The notes under the pieces are model-generated. The model did not search any database, was not told the DNA's origin, and was given only the letters and a program-made list of their open reading frames with translations. A DNA stretch of 40,031 nucleotides from Fibrobacteria bacterium (lineage in GTDB: Bacteria > Fibrobacterota > Fibrobacteria > UBA11236), in assembly GCA_043732185.1 (NCBI GenBank), contig JAYTHY010000026.1, positions 1 to 40,031 of the forward strand. The letters run 5' to 3'. Of this stretch, positions 1 through 7,415 are shown piece after piece (position 1 is the first letter of the stretch; each line of letters begins with the position of its first letter). The translations under genes and the position numbers were made by a program.

Positions 1-1707
1 AATGAATCCAGTCGCATTGGGAGCGGAGATTATTTCTTTCCGTACTTTTTTCTTCCCGGACTTAAGCAGCGTATTTTTCCCACAGAAAGTCTCATCGACC
101 GGATGAATCTGGAAGCGACCGACTTTATTACTCGCAACAAGGCCAATCCCTTTTTCCTCTACCTCTCTCATTTCGCGGTGCACAATCAGTTGGATGCCAC
201 TGACAGCATGGTTGCGCTGTTCAACGCAAAACGAAGCACGGCTGGTACCAAAACTTCGCCCACCGAGAACCCGTATCTGGCTGCCATGGTCAAGCAGGTG
301 GACAATGGAATTGGCCAAATCCTAGCTACTTTGAAGGCCAACGGTCTCGACAACAATACCATTGTCATTGTCGCCGGTGACAACGGCGGTGACAGCAGAG
401 TGACGGACAACGGTGTGCTGCGCGAAGGCAAGTCGCATCTGTACGAGGGCGGTATCCGGGTCCCTTTTGTCGCAAGATGGCCAGGTACCTTCCCGGCAGG
501 AACAGTTTCACAAACACCGATCAGTTTTATTGATTTTTATCCTACCATCACCGCGTTGACGGGTGCGACCCTACCAAATGGTCAAATCATGGACGGTGTC
601 AATATTACGCCTCTGCTGGAAAAGACCGGTAACATTGCCCAACGCGACTTGTACTGGCATTATCCTATGGTGGTTCCCCACTTCCTGGGTGGAAATTCTG
701 CGGGGGCTGTTCTTCAGGGTGATTACAAATTGATTCATTTCTACGACAGCGATAAGATGGAACTGTATAATATTTCCACCGATTCCTCCGAGTCTCACGA
801 CCTCGCAACCGACAGTCTCGCACTGTTAAACTCCTTGGCTCAAAAGCTTCATAAGAAGCTTACCGAATGCCTCTTCAATGAAACGTTTCCAGATGATTTC
901 AATGATAAGGATCCGGCCGACTGGACCACATTCGGGGGAACCTGGTCCGCTGCAACAGGTCAGTATAGCTCGACCGCGGGAGCTGGGGTGAAGGTGATTA
1001 CCGATCACCGTTATTTCACCGACCTAGTCTATCAAGCGGAAGTTTCCGTAGCGGGTGGAGTGGGTACTGCTGGAATTATATGTCGTGCAGGCAACGCAAA
1101 AACCGGCCTGGATGCCTATCGAGGCTACTTTGCAGGCATCAACGCGCAAACCGACATTGTGACCTTTGGCAAAGCAAACAATGGAACATGGACGCTCCTC
1201 GGCTCCAAGGCCAAAACCATGGACACTGCTGCCACCTATTTGCTTCGCATTGTCGCAATCGATACGCTTTTCAAAATTTTCGTCAACGATACGGTAACAC
1301 CCGTGATCACAGTATCCGACAGATCCTTTGATGGCGGGCTTCTGGGTTTGCGCTCGGATAATATTCCGGCCACCTTTGAAAATGTTTTTGCAAAAGGAAT
1401 GATGGGTGGCGGCGTGACGGCTTTACTACCGGACATCAAAAATAAAATTGCGCTGAACAAGCCTATTGCCATTGTGATGAATCAAGGAGATCGGTTGCAG
1501 ATTTTTATTAACCCTACAACTCAGGCGGAGAACATGGATGCCGAGATTTTTGATATGCACGGAAAATTAGTGCATAATTTTGGTCAAGTGCAAGTTGGAA
1601 ATAGTGGGGTAGTTTTGGATATGGCGTCCGGCACCCTTTCAGGAATTCATCTATTGCGCGTTTCCAATGGAGTGCGGAGTGAAACAATTAAGGTGGTCTT
1701 GAAATAG
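1..1707 (+). CDS. Secreted sulfatase (arylsulfatase-A-like) with a DUF1080/LamG-like beta-sandwich and a C-terminal secretion-signal-like tail; 5'-truncated by the window edge
   Basis: Frame is open from base 1 (NESSRIGSGDYFFP...). Sulfatase C-half motifs PFFLYLSHFAVH, VDNGIGQI, GDNGG, GKSHLYEGGIRVPF, DFYPT. Ends in an 'EIFDMHGKLV...SGIHLLRV...TIKVV' CTD-like tail. The N-terminal CxPxR motif lies outside the window. Confidence 0.9.
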   Translation, partial: NESSRIGSGDYFFPYFFLPGLKQRIFPTESLIDRMNLEATDFITRNKANPFFLYLSHFAVHNQLDATDSMVALFNAKRSTAGTKTSPTENPYLAAMVKQVDNGIGQILATLKANGLDNNTIVIVAGDNGGDSRVTDNGVLREGKSHLYEGGIRVPFVARWPGTFPAGTVSQTPISFIDFYPTITALTGATLPNGQIMDGVNITPLLEKTGNIAQRDLYWHYPMVVPHFLGGNSAGAVLQGDYKLIHFYDSDKMELYNISTDSSESHDLATDSLALLNSLAQKLHKKLTECLFNETFPDDFNDKDPADWTTFGGTWSAATGQYSSTAGAGVKVITDHRYFTDLVYQAEVSVAGGVGTAGIICRAGNAKTGLDAYRGYFAGINAQTDIVTFGKANNGTWTLLGSKAKTMDTAATYLLRIVAIDTLFKIFVNDTVTPVITVSDRSFDGGLLGLRSDNIPATFENVFAKGMMGGGVTALLPDIKNKIALNKPIAIVMNQGDRLQIFINPTTQAENMDAEIFDMHGKLVHNFGQVQVGNSGVVLDMASGTLSGIHLLRVSNGVRSETIKVVLK

Positions 1708-1731
1708 GTAGTTCATCCACTTATGGCTCAA

Positions 1732-2388
1732 CTAAATAGAATCGGGCACAGCCCCGTTTAAAAAGGACAAGCCTTTGGAGGGTGCAGCCGACCGGTATGG
1801 AAACACCCCTCCATGGCATGCAACAGCAGAGCAGGTTTCCCTTATTGGATTGTAGGTTGCCTTTTCTCCTTGGAATCGAACCGTATCGGAATTCTTGGGA
1901 TCGAAAACAACATCTATAGTTCCATTCATATGGGCAATTCCAGTAATCCATTCCTGAATGCGTGGAGGGGAACCCGATTGCCGATTTATTGTACCCGGAT
2001 GATTTTGGATTAAGGTGTCGATTCGGATGACTTTCCACTTCCTTTCAGGATCGGGATCATAGGAATCGGAAGTAAAAAAGTGGTTACCCGTTATGGGCTC
2101 TTCAAGCATGGAGTCCAGGACAGTGACGGGTGAAGCTGGGACAGCTGTGTTGTGACAATCGGCACAAGTAATGGGCCCATTTAGAAATCGCTTGCCGGAT
2201 TCATAAGTAAGATGGAGGAGATGATGGTGATCGTTTAGAGGGTAATTGTGGCAAAATGCGCAATCAAGACTTTCTGGTGAATTGGATGTACTGGCCATAA
2301 GGCCCGGCCGTGTAGCCAAAGGGAAGTTGCAGCTTGCTGTTCCCATAAGACTCAAACCAATCAACAAATACCGGTTCAACAGAATCAT
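1732..2388 (-). CDS. Multiheme c-type cytochrome lipoprotein (CxxxxCH/CxxCH-domain type), 3 heme motifs
   Basis: Lipoprotein-like signal (LLIGLSLMGTAS-C). Heme motifs CAFCH, CADCH and CSAVACH, plus 'HMNGTIDVVF' preceding the CX4CH motif. Confidence 0.8.
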   Translation of the reverse strand: MILLNRYLLIGLSLMGTASCNFPLATRPGLMASTSNSPESLDCAFCHNYPLNDHHHLLHLTYESGKRFLNGPITCADCHNTAVPASPVTVLDSMLEEPITGNHFFTSDSYDPDPERKWKVIRIDTLIQNHPGTINRQSGSPPRIQEWITGIAHMNGTIDVVFDPKNSDTVRFQGEKATYNPIRETCSAVACHGGVFPYRSAAPSKGLSFLNGAVPDSI

Positions 2389-2403
2389 TCTTCAATACCA
2401 CAT

Positions 2404-4326
2404 TCAGTTTTTAATTCCAAATTTGCGCTGAATCTCCTCCATCGAAAAGCGCACCACAATTGGAGCGCCAGAAGGAGAAACATACGGGTTCTGGGTGGCG
2501 AATAGACCATCGATGAGCGCAGCGGTCTGGGGATAATCGAGGGGGTCGCCGATTTTGATGGATGTGACACGGGCATAGACTTTAGCCAATCGTTGTTGAA
2601 AGTCTTCCCCCTTGGAATAAGCGGGGCCGTTCTCAGCATGCAGCGGAAGCCGTTCCGGTGCCAAAAGGCCTTGAATCATTTCATTGACCACTTGACGGGC
2701 CCGATCGGTTTTAACTTCCATGGGAAGACCGCGCAGTTGAAACGTCCTGCCGCCAAAAGTTTCCAGGTCAAAACCCAGTGCCTGTAATTTATCCAAGTGC
2801 TCTTCCAGAAATCGGCTGTCTCCGGGAGAAAGTTCGAGCACCTCAGGAAAAAGCAATTGCTGGGAGGCAAAACGGCCGGGCTGGCGCAACTCTTCCATGG
2901 CCTTCTCATATAAAATACGTTCATGCGCGGCTTGTTGATTGACCATCATAAGCCCGCTTTCGATTCCAAAAAGAATAAACCCATGGTGCAGTTGCAGGTA
3001 GGGAATTTCTGGCGCGCGTGACTTGCTGGATACTGAAGATTGTGCGGCGAAAGTCTGCGCCGATGTTGCATTACCAAACTTGAAGTCGGGAAAGAGACGG
3101 ATCTGATTGTTAGCTCGCCCTTCCATATCCGGTTTTTCTTCAAGCGCCAAAGCGGTTGGACCGGGTTCGACATACTGAAAGGGTGGCGGCAAGGATGCGT
3201 CATTTCCCCCTGCGGTAGAAAAAGGGTTTGCAAAAAGTGGAATGGACATGTTGGTTTCCGAAATTCTGGGATTCGAATCGTCCGGGTACCCATTATTCCG
3301 ACCTAAATCTCCAGTGAGGTCCAGAACCGGAGTCTCCACTACCTTTCGCAATCCAATTTTAACGGCCTGGCTGATGGACCAGTAAATTTGGCTTTCATTG
3401 AGAAAGCGCACTTCCTTTTTGGTGGGATGCACATTGACATCTACTTCTTCGGTGGGCATGGTCACAAAAAGCACAGCCATGGGGAAACGGCCGGGCGGGA
3501 GTGCATCATAACTTTGGCTTAGGGCCCTGGCTATGAGGCCGCTTTGAATGCTGCGCCGATTGATAAAGAAGTACTGATGGGTTGTACGGAGCCGGGCCTG
3601 TTGCGGTGTGCCGACAAAGCCTTCCACATGAATGGAACCATCCGACCATTCCACCGGGACCAAATCATTGGTAATATTGAATCCCAATATCTCCCCTACC
3701 CGATGTTTGAGACTGCCTTCGGTAAGTACGAGCAAATCTTTTCCTTGATCCGTCAGTCGGAATCCCGTACCTGGATGCGCCAAGGCCACACGACTCAACA
3801 TATTCAAGATGCGGGTGGTTTCCGCCTTGCCGGTGCCCATGAATTTGCGGCGAACCGGGCTGTGAAGGAAAAGGTTCTTGACGGTTACGGTAGTACCGGG
3901 GTTACGGGAGATTTCTCGCACTGCCAGCTCACGTGAACCGGAAACCTCAACGGCTGTGCCGGTAGTATCCAAAGTCTGCCGGGTTTCAATAGTCAGTTCT
4001 GCCACAGCAGCCATACTGCACAGGGCTTCGCCGCGGAATCCAAATGTGGCGACATGGGACAAGTCTTCGGCATCGCGGATTTTACTAGTGGTATGCGGTT
4101 GCCAGGCAACCACAGCATCCCCGTGTTGCATGCCAGTTCCATTGTCGCTGACCTTGATGAGATCCATGCCTCCGGCTTCAATCGCGATAACGATTTTGGT
4201 GGCAGAGGCATCCAGGGCATTCTCGACCAATTCCTTGACCGCATTGGCTGGGCGCTCGATCACCTCACCGGCAGCGATCTTATTTACACTGGCCGGGGTT
4301 AGCTGATTGATTCTGTTTGGCGTCAT
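2404..4326 (-). CDS. mutL: DNA mismatch repair protein MutL
   Basis: IAAGEVIERPANAVKELVENALDA, DNGTGM, TFGFRGEAL, VDVNVHPTKKEVRF and a C-terminal MutL_C region. Start moved to ATG 4326 (MTPNRINQL) where homology begins. Confidence 0.97.
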   Translation of the reverse strand: MTPNRINQLTPASVNKIAAGEVIERPANAVKELVENALDASATKIVIAIEAGGMDLIKVSDNGTGMQHGDAVVAWQPHTTSKIRDAEDLSHVATFGFRGEALCSMAAVAELTIETRQTLDTTGTAVEVSGSRELAVREISRNPGTTVTVKNLFLHSPVRRKFMGTGKAETTRILNMLSRVALAHPGTGFRLTDQGKDLLVLTEGSLKHRVGEILGFNITNDLVPVEWSDGSIHVEGFVGTPQQARLRTTHQYFFINRRSIQSGLIARALSQSYDALPPGRFPMAVLFVTMPTEEVDVNVHPTKKEVRFLNESQIYWSISQAVKIGLRKVVETPVLDLTGDLGRNNGYPDDSNPRISETNMSIPLFANPFSTAGGNDASLPPPFQYVEPGPTALALEEKPDMEGRANNQIRLFPDFKFGNATSAQTFAAQSSVSSKSRAPEIPYLQLHHGFILFGIESGLMMVNQQAAHERILYEKAMEELRQPGRFASQQLLFPEVLELSPGDSRFLEEHLDKLQALGFDLETFGGRTFQLRGLPMEVKTDRARQVVNEMIQGLLAPERLPLHAENGPAYSKGEDFQQRLAKVYARVTSIKIGDPLDYPQTAALIDGLFATQNPYVSPSGAPIVVRFSMEEIQRKFGIKN

Positions 4327-4425
4327 CAAAGGGCCGGAAATAAGGGTTGGCGGATGATTTTCATAGGTTAGGGAAATTACAATTTGCATCCTATTTTGGA
4401 CCGGCGAGACGGTATCCATATTGTG

Positions 4426-4442
4426 CATATCAGTTTTATAGG
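4426..4442. promoter_or_regulatory. Candidate Rrf2-type operator (imperfect palindrome CATAT-N7-ATAGG) next to a TATATT -10 element of the rrf2 gene
   Basis: CATAT 4426-4430, cagtttt, ATAGG 4438-4442, directly upstream of TATATT (4444-4449) and ATG 4456. Confidence 0.3.
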
Positions 4443-4455
4443 TTATATTTGTAAT

Positions 4456-4896
4456 ATGAAGGTTACGTCCAAAAGCATGTATACCTTGCACTTTCTGTGC
4501 GCTCTGGCCATTAAGAGCAAAGACTGGCCTTTAAAGCCCATTCATTTACGGGAAATCGCCAAGGAATACAATATTCCGTTCAAGTTTCTGGAGCAAATCG
4601 CCATCCTTATGAAAAGCGTAGGGCTGGTGCGTGGCGCCCGGGGTAAGCTGGGGGGATATCTTCTAGCCGAACCTCCGGAAAACATCACGCTTTCGAGAAT
4701 CATCAAGGCCACGGAAGGCGAACTTTTTCCGTGTGCGGATATCGAAGGGGGCAATGAAATAGTAACGTCCTTGTTACATCGGCTTTTTCAGGACGGCCGG
4801 GATTTGGTGGATGCCAAATTAGCCTCAGTCACTCTGGCCCAGATTGCCGAAAAAGCCAAGCAGCAATTGGAACCCGTGCCGATGTACTACTTGTGA
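4456..4896 (+). CDS. Rrf2-family transcriptional regulator, CymR-like
   Basis: MKVTSKSMY start, EIAKEYNIPFKFLEQI, RGARGKLGGYLLA. Lacks the IscR Fe-S cysteine triad, ends in PMYYL, and heads a cys operon. Confidence 0.9.
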   Translation: MKVTSKSMYTLHFLCALAIKSKDWPLKPIHLREIAKEYNIPFKFLEQIAILMKSVGLVRGARGKLGGYLLAEPPENITLSRIIKATEGELFPCADIEGGNEIVTSLLHRLFQDGRDLVDAKLASVTLAQIAEKAKQQLEPVPMYYL

Positions 4897-4922
4897 ATCT
4901 TGTGAAAAATCTGAGATAAATA

Positions 4923-5645
4923 ATGACCGAACAAAATAAGAACCTAACCCGCCTCGCTGAAGAATTGAATCAAGAATTCGCTTCGCTTTCCGCAGAGGAT
5001 AGAATCCGAAAAGCACATACCTTGTTTGGTTCAGAGCTTATCGCTACCACTTCCTTTGGTCGGGACGCGGGATTACTGCTCAACCATTTGCACCGATTAC
5101 AGATTCCCATCAGGGTGTATTTCATCAATACCACATTCCACTTTCCAGAAACTTTGGAATATCGAGACACGCTCACATCCGCCTATAAGCTGGATTTACG
5201 CGAGATGCGCAGCATGGAACCCAATAACCAGCGCTATTCCACCATTCAAGATGGTGTTCACACTATATCGGATACAGAAGCTTGCTGCGGAATAAATAAA
5301 GTGGCTGTGCAAGCCGCCTTTCTTGGCCGCACGGATGTGAAAGCCTTTCTCACGGGCTTGCGGCGCGATCAAAGTGAAACGCGAAAAGCTACGCCCTTTG
5401 TTCATGTTCAAAAGGGTAAACTTAAGATTTGTCCATTTGCCGATTGGCCCGCAGAGGATGTGGATCTGTATCTTCGCCTTTGGGAGGTACCGGAGCATCC
5501 CTTGGCCAAGCAGGGTTTTACCAGTATTGGCTGTAGCCCGATTACCTGCACGCGTAAACCCGTCGATTCGGAGGATGCGCGATCCGGACGCTGGGCGCAG
5601 GATACTAAAACAGAATGTGGACTCCACTTGGATTATGAACCCTAA
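4923..5645 (+). CDS. cysH: APS/PAPS reductase (Fe-S, APS-type)
   Basis: TTSFG, NTTFHFPET, CCGINKV, TGLRRDQSETR, SIGCSPITCT, RSGRW, KTECGLH. Confidence 0.93.
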   Translation: MTEQNKNLTRLAEELNQEFASLSAEDRIRKAHTLFGSELIATTSFGRDAGLLLNHLHRLQIPIRVYFINTTFHFPETLEYRDTLTSAYKLDLREMRSMEPNNQRYSTIQDGVHTISDTEACCGINKVAVQAAFLGRTDVKAFLTGLRRDQSETRKATPFVHVQKGKLKICPFADWPAEDVDLYLRLWEVPEHPLAKQGFTSIGCSPITCTRKPVDSEDARSGRWAQDTKTECGLHLDYEP

Positions 5646-5670
5646 GCCAGGACCCGACAACTTGATAGGC

Positions 5671-6597
5671 ATGAAGTATTCACAAGATCTGACGGAGCTC
5701 ATCGGCAAAACCCCGTTAGTGCGGCTCAACAAAGTTGTTCCAAACCAGAAAGCCTTGTTCTTGCTTAAGTTCGATCAACGCAATCCCGGTGGTTCCGTCA
5801 AGGATCGAATCGCCCTGCACATGATTCAAGAAGCGGAAAAAACCGGAAAACTAAAACCGGGTATGACCATCATCGAACCCACCAGTGGAAATACTGGAAT
5901 AGCCTTGGCCTGGATCGCCGCCGTACGGGGCTATAAATCCATTTTGGTGATGCCGGAAGCCATGAGTGTGGAACGACGTAATCTTCTGCAAGCTTATGGA
6001 GCCGAACTGGTTTTGACACCCGCCCACTTAGGCATGAGTGGAGCTATCGAAAAGGGCAAGGAGATTGTGCGCAGTCGCAAAGATTGTTTCATGCCGCAGC
6101 AATTCGACAATCCCTCTAATCCAGAAGCCCATAGGCGCTGGACCGCAGAAGAAATCTGGGAAGATACGGCTGGCAAGGTGGACGTATTTGTGGCCGGCGT
6201 AGGCACCGGGGGCACCATAACAGGCGTTGGCGAAGTGCTCAAAAGCAGGAACCCGGCCGTGCGTATTGTTGCCGTGGAGCCGGCGGCATCCAACGTACTA
6301 GGGGGCGGGAAGCCTGGCTGGCATGAAATCCAAGGCATCGGAGCCGGCTTTATTCCCAAGGTGCTCAATGTGAAAATCTATGACGAAATCATCAAGGTGA
6401 CGAATGAAGAAGCATTGGAAATGACCCGGAGACTTGCCCGCGAAGAAGGTATTCTGGCAGGCATCTCCACAGGCGCCAATGTCAAAGCCCTTTTTGAAAT
6501 CGGAAAACGTCCTGAATCAACCGGCCGCACCTTAGTGACACTGGCCTGCGATTCCGGTGAGCGCTACTTGAGCACGCCGCTCTATCAGGCCAATTAA
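5671..6597 (+). CDS. cysK: Cysteine synthase A (O-acetylserine sulfhydrylase)
   Basis: IGKTPLVRL, NPGGSVKDR (PLP Lys), EPTSGNTG, QQFDNPSN, GVGTGGT, HEIQGIGAG, DSGERYLST. Start at ATG 5671. Confidence 0.96.
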   Translation: MKYSQDLTELIGKTPLVRLNKVVPNQKALFLLKFDQRNPGGSVKDRIALHMIQEAEKTGKLKPGMTIIEPTSGNTGIALAWIAAVRGYKSILVMPEAMSVERRNLLQAYGAELVLTPAHLGMSGAIEKGKEIVRSRKDCFMPQQFDNPSNPEAHRRWTAEEIWEDTAGKVDVFVAGVGTGGTITGVGEVLKSRNPAVRIVAVEPAASNVLGGGKPGWHEIQGIGAGFIPKVLNVKIYDEIIKVTNEEALEMTRRLAREEGILAGISTGANVKALFEIGKRPESTGRTLVTLACDSGERYLSTPLYQAN

Positions 6598-6608
6598 AAA
6601 GACGCACT

Positions 6609-7415
6609 ATGCCGATTTTCACCGAACACCAGATGAGGCGCTATATGCGCCACTTGATACTCACCGAGGTGGGATTCAAAGGCCAGCAAAAGCTGTCGGC
6701 CGCCAAGGTACTGGTAGTCGGCGCCGGTGGTTTGGGATCGCCGGCTTTGGTCTATTTGGCTGCGGCAGGTATTGGAACCATAGGAATCGTAGAAGCGGAC
6801 GTGGTGGACGAATCCAATTTGCAGCGCCAGATCATCCATTTCACTGCGGATACAGGACGATCCAAGTTGCAATCCGCCAAGGAAAAAATCGCCCAAATTA
6901 ACCCAGATGTTACGGTGGTGGAACACGAGGTGTTTCTCGATGCCGGCAATGCAATGGACATCCTTCCCGCCTATGATTTTGTCTTGGACGGCACGGATAA
7001 TTTCGCCGCAAAATTTCTTATAAACGATGCGTGTGTTCTACTCGGAAAACCTTTTTCCCACGCCGGAATCCTTCGCTTTGAAGGCCAGGCCATGACCGTG
7101 GTGCCTGGTAAAAGCCGCTGCTATCGCTGCCTATTCCGCGAACCGCCACCGGCGGGTGCTGTCCCAAGCTGCGCCGAAGCGGGTGTTTTGGGCGTGGTGG
7201 CGGGAACGCTGGGCACCATTCAGGCCACGGAAGCCATGAAATTCATTTTAGGTAAAGGTGATTTGCTTACGGATCGACTGCTCATTTATGATGCTATGTC
7301 CATGCGCTTTAGGGAGAGTCGGGGCCAACGCGATCCCGCTTGCCCTGTATGCGGCGACCATCCAAGCATTACCGCGCTCATCGACTATGCACAATTGCCT
7401 TGCGAAGAACCGTAA
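6609..7415 (+). CDS. MoeB/ThiF/HesA-family sulfur-carrier adenylyltransferase (no rhodanese domain)
   Basis: RYMRHLIL, VVGAGGLGS, SNLQRQI, DGTDNF, CYRC and CPVC Zn motifs, PSCAEAGVLG. Confidence 0.92.
   Translation: MPIFTEHQMRRYMRHLILTEVGFKGQQKLSAAKVLVVGAGGLGSPALVYLAAAGIGTIGIVEADVVDESNLQRQIIHFTADTGRSKLQSAKEKIAQINPDVTVVEHEVFLDAGNAMDILPAYDFVLDGTDNFAAKFLINDACVLLGKPFSHAGILRFEGQAMTVVPGKSRCYRCLFREPPPAGAVPSCAEAGVLGVVAGTLGTIQATEAMKFILGKGDLLTDRLLIYDAMSMRFRESRGQRDPACPVCGDHPSITALIDYAQLPCEEP

Noticed and set aside
4327..4491. N-terminal extensions in the ORF track for mutL, rrf2, cysK (5374), hslO (10917), hemC (17169) and the cassette genes
   Set aside because: Homology starts at downstream ATGs, and the extensions overlap neighbouring genes or promoter regions.
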